DNA of 64,000 nt from Malacoraja senta (lineage: Eukaryota): the NCBI GenBank assembly GCA_038087875.1, contig CM075978.1:39804001-39868000 (forward strand), in the 5' to 3' direction. Each line of letters starts with the position of its first letter. The stretch's first letter is position 1. Both the position numbers and the translations under genes were made by a program. This document shows, piece by piece, positions 47,466-60,099 of this stretch. The notes under the pieces are model-generated. The model saw only the letters and a program-made list of their open reading frames with translations, had not been told where the DNA came from and ran no database searches.

Positions 47466-47634
47466 ACTTCAGCAAAGTTGTTTTTTTACCTGGCATTTCC
47501 AGAGGTCTTTGAGTGCATTGACAGGCTAGCCATCTGTGCATGAGGCTTTCCACGACATTTCGGAAAACAAAACAAATCCTATATATTTTCTACATCAAAT
47601 CCTTTGAAACATTTCAATTTTGTAAATCAAGTTC

Positions 47635-49814
47635 TTTTTTTTTTTTAATTTTTTATTTATTAGAAGTACATTACATTACAACCACATACATTAGTACTCA
47701 TCACTTATGTCTTCTTACAATTAATGTACTCCGTTTGTTTTTTACACTAGTAAAAGGAAAGGATAAGATTGAAAGAAAGAAGAGTGAAGGAAAAAGTGAG
47801 AGTGTAGAAAATGGGACAACAAAAAAGGACGAAGACCCTATAAGAACAAAATTAAAAACAAAAGAAAAAGAGTTAAGAAATAGACCCTAGAAAAGAAGGA
47901 GAAAGAGAAAAAGGAAAAAGAGAGAAACACATATTTTTTATGAGCATTACGCAAATGGGACATACCAACTCTTCAACTATCATCCCCCATTACCTGACCT
48001 CAATTTTTTTTAAGGTACCTTTGCACCCTATATTTGTAATAATTCTATAAATGCAGACCACGTCAGGTGGAAGTGATCTGGTTTACCTGCTAGGAGGAGT
48101 CTTATCTCTTCTAGGTGTAATGTTTCGAACATATTTGAAATCCACATGTTTATAGTTGGTATTGGAGCCTTCTTCCAAAATTTTAGGATTAGCTTTTTTC
48201 CAGTTATTAACCCATAGTCTATTAGTTTCTTTTGAAACACATTTAGTTCTGGACCATCCGTTATTCCGAAGATAATCCATTCTGCTTTGGGTATCAGTTT
48301 TATTTTAAATAATTTTGTAAAGATTTCGAAAATTTCATTCCAAAACTTTTGAATTTTTGTACAGAAAACAAATGAGTGCGCTATAGTAGCTTCTTGGGAT
48401 TGACATTTATCACAAATAGATGATACATTTGGAAAAATTTTATGGATTTTAGTTTTGGAATAATATAATCTATGTAAAATTTTAAATTGTATTAAAGTGT
48501 GTCTTACATTAATCAAACATTTATGCACGTTTAATAAGTGTTCATTCCAACTTTCCTTTGAAATTTTAATAGCTAACTTGTTCCCAGTCTCTTCTGATAC
48601 CCTCCGTAGATGGTATTTCTACATTTAAGATAATATTATACAAATATGATATTAAGTTTGCTGATTCAGCTTTTATCTGCATTGCCTCATCCAATACATC
48701 TGCTGGGTTATTATAATGATCTTTTGTATATTTTTTCAAATAGTCGCATATTTGAAAATATTTAAAATATTGATTATTTCCAAGTTTATATTTTATTTGT
48801 AATTGTTGAAATGAAAGTAATTTTCCAGTTTCATACAAGTCACCGAACGTTTTAATTCATAGTTTATCCCAATGTGTAAAAGCTTTATCTATAATAGAGG
48901 GATTAAACGAAGGGTTATTAACTATGGGTAATAAAAATGATACATTTCTTAATTTTAAATTTTGTTTTATTTGTTTCCAAATTCGGATTGTGCTATGAAT
49001 AATTAAGTTCTTATTATAATTTATATTATTCAGTTTCATTGGAGAGAGGAGGATCGCTCCAATGTTTCCAGAGGAGCAATCCTCTTTCTCCATTATAATC
49101 CAGTCCACTTGCTGGGCGGAGTTATCCATCAGTTGAATCATATTTTTAATATTTACTGACCAATAATAATACATAAAATTAGGTAGTGCTAAACCCCCTA
49201 ATACTTTAGGTTTATTCAGATGAGTTTTTTGTATTCTATGTGATTTATAGTCCCATATAAAATTAGTGATATCTGAGTCGAGTTTTTTTTTAAACTTCTT
49301 TGGTAAGTATATAGGAATCGATTGAAATAGGTATAAAATTTGTGGTAGAAAGATCATTTTTATTGCATTTATTCGGCCTATTAAAGACATCAGGAGTGTT
49401 TTCCAGAATTTAATTAGTGTGTTTAATTTATTAAGTAGGGGTTCAAAATTTGCCTTAAACATACCTTGATATGTTCTAGTAATTTCGATTCCCAAGTATT
49501 TAAATTTTTCTGTAGCTATTTTAAAAGGGAATTTTAAAAGATGTGTTGAATCTTTCGGTTTTATTGACATAATTTCACTTTTATTCCAATTTATTCTATA
49601 TCCAGAAAAAGATCCAAAATCTTCAATTAAATTTAATATATTTGGTATAGTGATTTGAGGTTTTGTAATGTACAGTAATATATCATCCGCGTATAAAGAT
49701 ATTTTATTATATCAATCTTTAGTATTATATCCATGGATATCAGGGTGTATTCTAATTTTTTCTGCTAGCGGTTCAATAATGAGAGCAAACAGCTAGCGGT
49801 TCAATAATGAGAGC
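47635..49814 (-). mobile_element. L1-clade LINE, 5'-truncated ORF2 with poly(A) tail
   Basis: LIIEPLA..SLYADD, FKYLGI, GRINAIKMIFLPQILYLFQ, GGLALPNF, QFKILHRLY, CDKC..H....C knuckle; AATAAA plus A-tail; TSD AAATCAAGTTC at 47624-47634 and 49815-49825. Confidence 0.92.
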
Positions 49815-49817
49815 AAA

Positions 49818-50482
49818 TCAAGTTCAAGTGAGTTTATTGTCATGTGTCCCTGATAGGACAATGAAATTCTTGCTTTGCTTCAGCAAACAGAACATAGTAG
49901 GCATTGACTACAAAACAGATCAGTATGTCCATATACCATTATATAAATATATACACACATGAATCAATATACCGATAAAGTGCAAATAACAGTTAATTGG
50001 CTAATAAAGTTCAGTGTTTTATCCGAGCCAGGTTTAATAGCCTGATGGCTGTGGGGAGGTAGCTATTCCTGAACCTGGTCGTTGCAGTCTTCAGGCTCCT
50101 GTACCTTCTACCTGAAGGTAGTAGGGAGATGCGTGTGTGGCCAGGATGGTGTGGGTCCTTGATGATACTGCCAGCCTTTAGAGGCAGCGACTGTGATAGA
50201 TCCCCTCGATGGAAGGGAGGTCAGAACCGATGATGGACTGGGCAGTGTTTACTACTTTTTGTAGTCTTTTCCTCTCCAGGGCGCTCAAGTTGCCGAACCA
50301 AGCCACGATGCAACCGGTCAGCATGCTCTCTACTGTGCACCTGTAGAAGTTAGAGAGAGTCCTCCTTGACAAACCAACTCTCCGTAATCTTCTCAGGAAG
50401 TAGAGGCGCTGATGTGCTTTCTTAATCATGGCATCAGTGTTCTCGGACCAGGAAAGATCTTCAGCGATGTGCACGCCCAGGA
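49818..50482 (-). mobile_element. Rex1/Babar 3' fragment
   Basis: ORF 50178-50474 is highly similar to the 35297 copy. Confidence 0.9.
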
Positions 50483-50587
50483 ATGCTCACTTTGGACCAG
50501 TACATTCCTCAATGGGATGGAAACCCAGTAAGCACTATATCAAAAAATGTTTTTCACATCATGAAAAGGCTGCGGTTGAGTTGAGAA

Positions 50588-50897
50588 TGAGCAGCACAGT
50601 GGTGCAGCAGTAGAGTTGCTGTCTTACAGAGCCAGAGACCCGGGTTCGATCCTGACTGCGGGTGCTATCTGCAAGGAGGTTGCACTTTCTCCCTGTGACC
50701 GTGTGGGATTTCTCTGGGTGCTCCAGTTTCCTCCCACACTCCAAAGACTTGCAGGTTTGTAGGTTAATTTGGCTTTGGTAAAAATTGTAAATTGTCCTTA
50801 GTGTGTAGTATAGTGCTAATATACGGGAATTGCTGGTTAATGCCGACTCGGTGAGCCGAAGGGCCTGTTTCCATGCGGTATCTCTAAACTAAACTAA
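50588..50897 (+). mobile_element. V-SINE, full length
   Basis: Head, B-box, core and (CTAAA)n tail. Confidence 0.9.
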
Positions 50898-51664
50898 GCC
50901 AAACTGCTGAAAATTGCAACTGAAGTTTGACGAACAAGCTCAGGCCCAGGCTAAGGAGAATACACACCTCTGCCTGTTGCCGGAGACACATATACTTGGC
51001 AGTGACAGGTCAATGAATTGGTTTATTTTGGAGAACGGTATGTGCGTACAGTTGCCAGCTTCCTGTCAGTTGGCAAATGCCATATGTCAATTCTTACAAT
51101 ATTAACCTAAATTAATAGCAACATCAAGCCAGCTAATGAAGTAAAAATACCTTTATTTATTTTAGTATTTTATTCCCAACAAAAAATGCTTGGAGTTTGA
51201 CACATCGCAGAAGTTTTGTTCTTTCGGGACTCATTTCCATTCAATAGATGAGCTTCAGGCAGAAACTGGAACCTTTTATGAAGAAAGTGTCTGCTGTTAA
51301 AATTTCTACTGAGACACCAATATAGGAAGGGAATGGTATGTCTCAAATCAACATGGCATTATTGATATTGGCAAGCAGTGGAGCTAAGGGGATATGACAG
51401 TAACTCATTGAATGAAGTTTATCACACAAATATTCAGTAACTTGTTATTGACTATTTGTTCATACCAGAAGTTGTGGCAAAAAAATTAAATGTTGCTGTG
51501 ATTTTAGTTAGGCTATATGGTCTAAAATTAAAATTCCTGTTACTTTGCAAAGGACATTTGCCATTCCCTGGAAATGATGCATTTGCAAAACACTTTGCCC
51601 ACAGGGCATCCTTAAATCCTTTATTGCTAACAAAATGCTTATCTGATTTTCACTTTGTAAATGT

Positions 51665-51915
51665 GCTGTTATCAGGCATCCTACCACAACTAGAGAGCAG
51701 TCCTGAACCTCATTGGAAACCCTCGGATTATCTTTGATCAGACTTCACTGGCTTTATCTTGCACAAAATGTTATTCACGTTATTATCTTTATCATGTACC
51801 TCGGTTGTGGCTCGATTGTAAACATGGATTATCTTTTCGCTGACTGGTTATCACTGATAAAGCTTTTCACTGTATCTCGGTACACATGACAATAAACTAA
51901 TTTAAACTAAACTAA
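51665..51915 (+). mobile_element. Rex1 3' UTR fragment
   Basis: GCTGTTATCAGGCA..GACAATAAACTAA. Confidence 0.8.
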
Positions 51916-51949
51916 CCAGAACATTTTTGCTTGGTTGTAGGATATGTTG

Positions 51950-52125
51950 TAAACTCTTCTTAGTTTTCTTTGAATTGTGCAATGCGATCTTTTGTGCCCA
52001 CCTCAGAACAGTGATAAGAAAGCACCTCCAACAGGGTATTGCTGCTCAAACACTACATTGATGTAATACCCAGTAGGTCTCCGGACATCCTACATGAAGA
52101 TGAGATTAGTACTGTTGAGCCAGGG
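51950..52125 (-). mobile_element. Ancient Deu-domain SINE relic (SacSINE1/AmnSINE1-like)
   Basis: GTGCAATGCGATCTTTTG..CCACCT..GCACCTCCAACAG..TGAGCCA resembles the reverse Deu-SINE consensus as I recall it. Confidence 0.45.
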
Positions 52126-52210
52126 TAACACTACAATCCAAGTTTAATTAAGAAAAGCAAGTTTTAAGCATTTTTCCAATGGCTGCCCATTTGCCATGAT
52201 AGTTAATTTA

Positions 52211-54248
52211 TTAGTAGTAGGCCCACCTCAGTCATGACTGGCCATGGGTGATGCAACCTAGTTGTTGGCTGCTTGCTCCAAACCTCGGCTAGAGCAGCGC
52301 CGCTTGTGGCTGGTGACCAATGCGGGAGTGACAGTCTCTGTCACAAAGGTCACATTTGTGTGTGGTCTCTGGTCTGTTGCTGCGCTCCTTTCTGCGTGCC
52401 CGCTTGTCTGCACTGCTTTCATCAGTTTCTCTTCCCCTGTTTTGAGATGTTGGTTCAGGGTACCTTTCCACCTCTTGCGGTCAGCTGCAAGGCTCTCCCA
52501 GGACCCCACATTGATGTCGAGCGTCTTCATATCTCTCTTGCAGACATCCTTATAACGTAGCTGGGGGCGGCCGATGGTTCTCCTCCCGGATGTCAGCTCT
52601 CCATAGAGGATGTCTTTTGGAATACGGCCATCCTCCATGCGGTGGACATGGCCCAGCCACCGCAGTCTGCGCTGCCTGAGTAGAGTGTACATACTGGGAA
52701 GGCCAGCGCGAGACAGGATCTCGGCGTTGGAGACTCTGTCTTGCCAGGATATGCCAGGATATGGCTGATGCTTCTAAGGTGGAAGGTGTTGAGTCTTCTC
52801 TCCTGTCTGGCATATGTAGTCCATGTCTCACTGCCGTACAGCAGCGTGCTGTTGACACACGCGTTGTAGACTGCTATCTTTGTCTTCACTGTCAGCTTTG
52901 GGTTGGTCCACACTCGAGTTGTGAGGCGAGCGTGAGTTGTAGCTGCCTTCCCGATCCTCTTGTCAATTTCTGTGTCCAAGGAGATGTTGTCGGTGATGGT
53001 GGTACGTGAATTGATGGACGGCATCGAGATTGTAGTCATCGACGATGATGACAGGCGGCACCTCTGTATCCTGTCCCAGGACGTTCATCTTCTTCAGGCT
53101 GATGGTCAGCCCGAAGTCCTTGCAAGCCCGATAGAAGCGGTCCATCAGTGACTGTAGTTCCTGCTGGGTGTGGGACACAACTGCCGTGTCATCGGCAAAC
53201 AATATGTCTCTGATGAGAACTTCACGTACTTTTGTCTTTGCTCTGAGGCAGGTGAGGTTGAAGAGCCTGCCATCTGATCTAGTATGCAAGTAGATCCCCT
53301 CTGTTGTAGTGCCGAAAGCATGTTTCAGGAGCAGAGCGAAGAAAATCCCAAGGAGTGTGGGAGCGAGGACGCAGCCTTGTTTGACGCCACTGCGGATGTC
53401 GAAGGCCATTGAACTGCACTGTCCCCTTCATGTTGATGTGGAAGGATTTTATCATGATCTGCAGTTTTGGTGGGCAGCCAATCTTTGGCAGACCCTTAAA
53501 TAGGCCATCTCTGCTGACGAGGTCGAACGTCTTGGTGAGGTCAATGAAAGCAACATACAGGAGCATCCGCTGTTCTCTGCACTTCTCCTGGAGCTGGCAA
53601 ATGGAGAAGACCATGTCCACTGTTGACCTTCCAGCTCGGAAACCGCACTGTAACTCTGGGTAGACACATTCTGCCAGCTTCTGCAGGCGGATCAAGATGA
53701 CCCGAGCAAAGACCTTGCCGACGATGTTGAGGAGGGAGATGCCTCTGTAGTTGTTGCAGTCGCTTCTCTCGCCCTTGTTCTTGTAGAGGGTAATGATCGT
53801 GGCATCCTTTATGTCCTGCGGTACAGTTCCTTCTTGTCAGCACTGGTAGAGGACTTCATACAAAGGAAGCAGTAAGGTAGTCTTGCAATGCTTGATCAGG
53901 TCAGGGGGAATCCTGTCGCTGCCTGGGGCCTTGCCTGAGGCCAGGCTGTCAATGGCCTTGCTGAGCACTTCTACCATCGGCTCTCCGTCTAACTCATCCA
54001 TGGTTGACAGGCACTCGATGGCATCAAGGGCTGAAGGGGACACAGTGTTCTCTCTCTCGAGTAGAGGTTGGAGTAGTGTTCCACCCATCTCTCTATCTGC
54101 TGGCATTCGTTTGTGATTACTTCCCCAGTGGAGGATTTGAGGGGGGCTGCCTTGCTCTAGACTGGTCCTGGTGCCTTCTTAATGCCATCGTACATTCCCC
54201 AATGTTCCCTGTTATGGCGGCTGTCTGGATGTCCTCACTAAGCTGTGT
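52211..54248 (-). mobile_element. RTE-clade LINE, 5'-truncated and frameshifted
   Basis: GKAPGSD, QCGFRAGRSTVDM, FIDLTKTFD, GVKQGCVLAPTL, LFADD, LLYGSETWT, RRLRWLGHVHRM; short (CTA)n tail. Confidence 0.92.
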
Positions 54249-54369
54249 AAACAATGGTATATAAACCATTTTTTTCCACGTAATATTTTGTGTACTATTA
54301 TATACTATGGATGCCACAACTTCATTATTTAAAGATCAATGTATTTACACTGAAAAGGTAATGCACAAT

Positions 54370-54597
54370 GCCTGTTGGGAGTTTGTACGTTCTACATTCT
54401 CCCTGTGACAGAGTGGGTTTTCTCCGGGTGCTCCAGTTTCCTTCCACATTCGAAAGATGTGCAGGTTTGTAGGTTAATTGGCCTGTGTAAATTGTCCCTG
54501 GTTTGTAGAATAGAACTAGTGTATGGATGATCGTTGGTCGCACAGGCTCGGTGGGCAACGGGCTTGTTTTGACACTGTATATCTAAATTAAACCTAA
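54370..54597 (+). mobile_element. V-SINE, 5'-truncated
   Basis: Core and tail motifs. Confidence 0.85.
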
Positions 54598-54904
54598 AAA
54601 TATATATTTTTTAATAACTTGAAGTTGATTAGGGAAACAAAACATAGTTCAGCATTGACACGGAGGTAGAAAAAATAATTTATCTGTAAGTGGGTCACAA
54701 ATGGTTTTATCTATTAAGTGTGTAGATGAAATCTCCTGATGTTGGGACCACCTGTTCATTGTAGAGCTATATTTTGATTTCCATATTATCATTTGATCAG
54801 TACATTTTGGTAACATGTCACACTAATCAGCCCAGCACCACCAAAATCCAAAACACTATTAGTTTATTCCAATGTCAGTTTTAGAGGTATCTGGTGTCCA
54901 ACAA

Positions 54905-55920
54905 TGGCAATAGAGCCATAGGGCTATACAGCACGGAAACAGGCCCTTTAGCCCACCCTGTGTATGGTGACCATGTTGGCATATTGGGCTAATTTTATTT
55001 GCCTGCATTTGGTCTATATATCCCTCTAAATCCTTCTGATCCACATAACTGTCTAAATGTTGTTTAAAAATCCGCTCTGGATAATCAACGATGTATAATG
55101 TGGGCGGTTCGATTGTAATCACGTATACTGTAGTCTTTCCGCTGACTGGTTAGCACGCAACAAAAAGCTTTTCACTGTACCTGGGTACATGTGATAATAA
55201 ACTAAAATAAACTGAAGCTTCCAGAGCTTCATTTGTCAGCTGATTCCAAATAAGGAACATTCTCTGAGTGAAAATGTTGCCCCTGAGCCTAAGGTCCTTC
55301 TTAAATCTCTCCCCCTCATCCTCTGCCTTGGGGGAAAAGACTATGCGTGTTCAATTTATCTATGTTCCTTGTTATCTCAACATAGAATGTAGAACATAGA
55401 TCAGTACAGGATAGGGACAACTATTTTTGGCCCACAATGTCTGTGCCAAACAGGATGTCAAGACCAACCCTTACAGTATCTGCCTGTACATAACCCATAT
55501 CCCTCCATTCCCTGCGTATCCATGTACCTATCCAAACATCTCTTAATGCCACTATCATATCTGCCTCAATTACCACTCCCAGCAGCATGTTCCAGGCACT
55601 TACCACTTTCTGTGTATAAGAATTTGCTCTGCATATTTTCTCTAAACTTTGCCCCTGTCACCTTAAAGCTATGCCCCCTGGTATTTGGTTTTGACTGTCT
55701 ATCCTATCTATGCTTCTCATAATATTATATATTGCTATCAGGTGTCCCTGCAACCTCCAGTTTTCAGAGAAAACATTCCATGCCTGTGCAACCTCTCCCT
55801 GTAGCTAATACCCCTTAATCCAGGCATCATTCTGGTAAACCTCTGCAGCCTTTCTAAAGCCTCCACATCCTTCCTCCTGTAATGGGGCAGCCAGACTGCA
55901 CACAATACACCAAAATATAC
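54905..55920 (-). mobile_element. Two stacked CR1 3' fragments with a plus-strand Rex1 tail insert (~55105-55213)
   Basis: CR1 tails at ~54910 and ~55385; RKDVEALER..FTRMMPGL on minus. Confidence 0.75.
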
Positions 55921-56321
55921 ACTCAAATATCATAAGCTTTTATTTTTCAAATGAAACTCGTCCTGAAGTATATATATTCCACATGTAACAGTTTTCTAGG
56001 CCAAATAAGTTTCTAACAGTTACTATGGTTTAGTAGGGCATTTAAAAAGTTCGTTATATCTCATTTAGTTTAACTTTTTACCAGTGTTTTTTTATGACTG
56101 CAATGCATAAATTTTTTTATTTGCTTTGATTTAATGATTTTATTAAACATTAAATCTAGAAGTGCATCTTCATGGAGGAGAAAACTATTGCTGCCACCAC
56201 GGTTTGGATTTCTATGTATAACTGCATTTGTTGGGATTTCATTGCTGTTAATTTCACATTATTGGCAGTTAATCACACCTCGGCAAGGCCACCAGCATAA
56301 TCAAAGACCAGTCTCACACTA

Positions 56322-56530
56322 TGCTGGACTGAGCAAAAATAATACTGCTGGAGGACCTCAACAGCTCAGTCAGCATCTAAGGAAGGAAATTAAACAGGTG
56401 ACATTTCGGGTCAGGACCCTTCTTTAGACCCTCAGTTAGAAGAAACGTACTAACTTGAAAAGTCATCTATCCATTTTCTTCCACAGATGTTGCTAGACCC
56501 ATTGGGTTCCTCCAGCAGTTTGTTTTTTTC
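56322..56530. mobile_element. Old head-to-head PLE hammerhead fragments
   Basis: GTGACATTTCGGGTCAGGACCCTTCTTTAGAC (minus) followed by a degenerate plus arm. Confidence 0.65.
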
Positions 56531-57249
56531 ATTTGGTTTCCAATGACTTCAACTATAAGGGGGAAAAAAAAGCTTTATCTTATCTGTGGGATTCTGCTAT
56601 TTTGCTTATGCTTAACTTTAACTGTATTAAAGCTTGGAGTGGAGTGATCCTGATTGAATTCAAGTACTAATATGCAGGCTGTTGGTGAGTAAGTACCAAT
56701 TGATAGCGCTGTTATCAACTCCTTCCATCTGTTTGATTGAGAGTATGCTGATTGGGTAATAATTGGCTGGATTGGATATCTTTTTGCTTTTCATAAGCAC
56801 TTTCTGCCTTACTTTCAGCAAGAATGATAGAAGTTTAAATGTAAGCGCAGTGCATTTTATTATAAATCTGATTTTCTTTATGCCACTGATTTTCGACCTA
56901 ATATATCTTGAGATAGTTCCCAGATTTTTAAGTTTGCTGCCAACAGCTTTTCATACCAATTGTAAACATAATGCCATGCAGTAAGAAATTGCTTTCCTGT
57001 TGTTTACTATTGTTACCTTTGTAATTAATATTGGATTTGACTCTGTGATCAGCTTCTGGTTAAATACTCATAACTGTTTCCACTCTGTTTTACTACCTGG
57101 CTCCAATCTGCCACAATTAATCTGCTGAAATATTTTATTTGCTTCTGACCACATTCCTCCTTTTACACATGTCCCCATCCCATGCCCTAAAGTGCAAAAA
57201 GTTTTGTTCACCCAATGTCCCATGCTTGCTGAATCTAGTTTATTTCCAG

Positions 57250-57335
57250 CAATCTGAAGAAGGGTCACAATCCAAACCATTACCTATCCGTAGATACTAC
57301 CTGTCCCGCTGGGCTACTCCAGCACTTTGTGTACT
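57250..57335 (+). mobile_element. Old PLE hammerhead fragment
   Basis: ATCTGAAGAAGGGTCACAATCCAAA...CTACTCCAGCACTTTGTG. Confidence 0.65.
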
Positions 57336-58239
57336 TTTGGTTCCTTGGTTAATCTGGCTAAATTCTATAATTTTCAATATTGTTTTAATTCTGGCAATGG
57401 TCATGTCCCACCACCAATGGCCATCCCAGTATCTATTTCCAACTTTACAAGCTTTCAGGACATCTGAGTTTTTGCAGGTCTCTTGCTCATCCCTAATTGT
57501 ATTTGAAAATTGACAAACATGCCTTCAGCTATCAAGGTCCATGGCTGAAGCTTCTTTCATTTTTCACTTTACGTCTCTTTCCAACTAACCCAATGCCTTA
57601 AAAACTGCTTCCTTGTCTGCTCTGATATCTCATGCATCAAATTGTGATGATTATACTACAGAGAGGCATTTTGAGATGCTTTACTTTTATGATGTGAGTT
57701 GTAGTTATCATTGTGATTATGACCTCTGAAAATAATGAGCAGACCAGATAAGTGCATATTGGTCTTTTCAAACTTCACCAAAACTAATTTGGAATGAAAA
57801 TTATAGCTTTCAAAACTTTTTATCCACTGATGTTATATAATCTGCAAGGAGAGCCAAAGAAAAACATGAAATGAACATCCAAAACAGTGGTAAAAATGAT
57901 AGACAAAGTTACCGCAAGGTCTTGCAGGCAATTTGTAGGGGACTGCAATGATCATGAAGCAAATCATTAACCTTTCTATCAACTTTATGTTGGCCGTAAA
58001 GCCAAGAACTCATCTAAGGTCTGTGCTGATCATGTGCATATAATATAGAAATTCTGAAATTCGCTACATTATCCAGAAACTTATTCAGCAGCAATCCACT
58101 GTGGTTTAAAAATAACTTGCTGACACTTTCAGCCTATATTTGTGCTTTAGGAATTTTGTGCATGTACCATCATTAACTTTAATCTGTTTAACACAAACAG
58201 ATTAATTGTATGAACATAGTGTAGCCTGACATTGTTTAA

Positions 58240-59013
58240 CGGGCCTGTCCCACTTAGGCGATTTTTCAGCGGAAAATGAAGTCGCCTGAAAAACCGGGAA
58301 CTGGAACGNNNNNNNNNNNNNNNNNNNNNNNNNNNNNNNNNNNNNNNNNNNNNNNNNNNNNNNNNNNNNNNNNNNNNNNNNNNNNNNNNNNNNNNNNNNN
58401 NNNNNNNNNNNNNNNNNNNNNNNNNNNNNNNNNNNNNNNNNNNNNNNNNNNNNNNNNNNNNNNNNNNNNNNNNNNNNNNNTGTCTAAAAAATTCCCATGG
58501 TGCAAAGCCAAGGTTGGCGATATAATTAAGACAGCTAAAGCACAGTGTATGGTAAGTCCTTTAAAAGAGGGGGGAGAAGGAGTGGAGATAACTTTTAAGA
58601 AGCCAGAGATACACGGCTGTGAGGTTTGGTGGACATTTAACATGACCTGTTGGTTCCTTGATTCTGAAAACTACTGCTTACCTTTTTTGTTCCCCCAATG
58701 AGCGAATGAAATTCACCGGTCAGCACCGGCTCCAACCTATGAGAACCTCCGAGAACCTTCAACCTCCTGGCAACCTACTAGGACCTCCTTGCGACCCACC
58801 TACGGCTCGAGAATTCACGCTGCTCTCCATGGCGACTTCATTTTAGTCGCCGCTAATTTTTCAACATGACCATAATGAGGCCGCGAACAGTTCCCAAAAT
58901 GTGGGAACTCCTCACGACCATGAAGGCGACTCCCCGGCAACCACCCGTGAACATGTGGCGACTACAAAGTCTCCTGCAGTCGCCTAAAAAGTTGCCTAAG
59001 ATGGACAGGCCCA
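58240..59013. mobile_element. MITE 3 (PIF/Harbinger-like), spanning a gap
   Basis: GGGCCTGTCCCACTTAGG ... CCTAAGATGGACAGGCCC termini; TAA at 58237-58239 and 59014-59016. Confidence 0.75.
58309..58480. other. Assembly gap (N run)
   Basis: 172 N bases. Confidence 1.
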
Positions 59014-59092
59014 TAAATCTCTCTCAGTCAACCCTCCCTAAAGTTTAAGGTCTTAAGGAATAAGAAGACACAACTCTCAAAACTTATTGTCT

Positions 59093-59676
59093 TAAGGTAA
59101 GACCACACCTGGAGTATTGCGTACAGTTTTGGTCTCCTAATCTGAGGAAAGACATTCTTGCCATAGAGGGAGTACAGAGAAGGTTCACCAGACTGATTCC
59201 TGGGATGTCAGGACTTTCATATGAAAAAAGACTGGATAGACTTGGCTTGTACTCGCTAGAATTTAGAAGATTGAGGGGGGATCTTATAGAAACTTACAAA
59301 ATTCTTAAGAGGTTGGACAGGCTAGATGCAGGAAGATTGTTCCCGATGTTCGGGAAGTCCAGAACAAGGGGTCACAGTTTAAGGATAAGGGGGAAGTCTT
59401 TTAGGACCGAGATGAGAAAAACATTTTTCACACAGAGAGTGGTGAATCTGTGGAATTCTCTGCCACAGAAGGTAGTTGAGGCCAGTTCATTGGCTATATT
59501 TAAGAGGGAGTTAGATGTGGCCCTTGTGGCTAAGGGGATCAGGGGGTATGGAGAGAAGGCAGGTACAGGATACTGAGTTGGATGATCAGCCATGATCATA
59601 TTGAATGGCGGTGCAGGCTCGAAGGGCCGAATGGCCTACTCCTGCACCTATTTTCTATGTTTCTATGTTTCTATGT
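59093..59676 (+). mobile_element. CR1 subfamily A 3' fragment (young)
   Basis: ORF 59205-59576 runs to the natural stop; (TTTCTATG)3 tail; near-identical to 10670-11252. Confidence 0.95.
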
Positions 59677-59689
59677 TAAGAGTTTTATA

Positions 59690-59960
59690 TATGACATAGG
59701 ACCAGAATGGGGCCATTCAGCCCATTTAGTTTTCTCCCATCATTTGATTGTGGCTGATCTATTTTTCCCTCTCACACCCATTCTCCTGCCTTCTTCCCAT
59801 AACCTTTGAAACTCTCACTAATCGAGAACCTACCAATCTCCACTTTAATAATAATACCCAATGACTTGTCTTCCACCACCACCTGTGGCAATGAATTCCA
59901 CAGATTCGCCACCCTCTGGCTAAAGAAATTCCTCCTCATCTCCATTCTGACCCTCATTTT
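59690..59960 (-). mobile_element. CR1 3' fragment
   Basis: EMRRNFFSQRVANLWNSLPQ. Confidence 0.85.
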
Positions 59961-60099
59961 CACTCCTTTTCAAATGAGGTAAATGTATTATGGCCTCACA
60001 CTAGAACATTTTTGAAGAATGGGAAATGAATACAATGTTCCAAATGAAACTTAACCAAAGTGCTGTACATTGTATAGAAGTGTGAAATTGCACATGCCC

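Noticed and set aside
47540-47890. Lys/Glu-rich 116-aa ORF
   Set aside because: Antisense reading of the pyrimidine-rich L1 3' UTR.
51108-51124. Possible third copy of the duplicated element (AAATTAATAGCAACAT)
   Set aside because: A 16-bp AT-rich match only; the flanks do not align.
51249-51324. Short ATG ORF after an acceptor-like sequence
   Set aside because: 25 codons, no recognisable homology, expected by chance.
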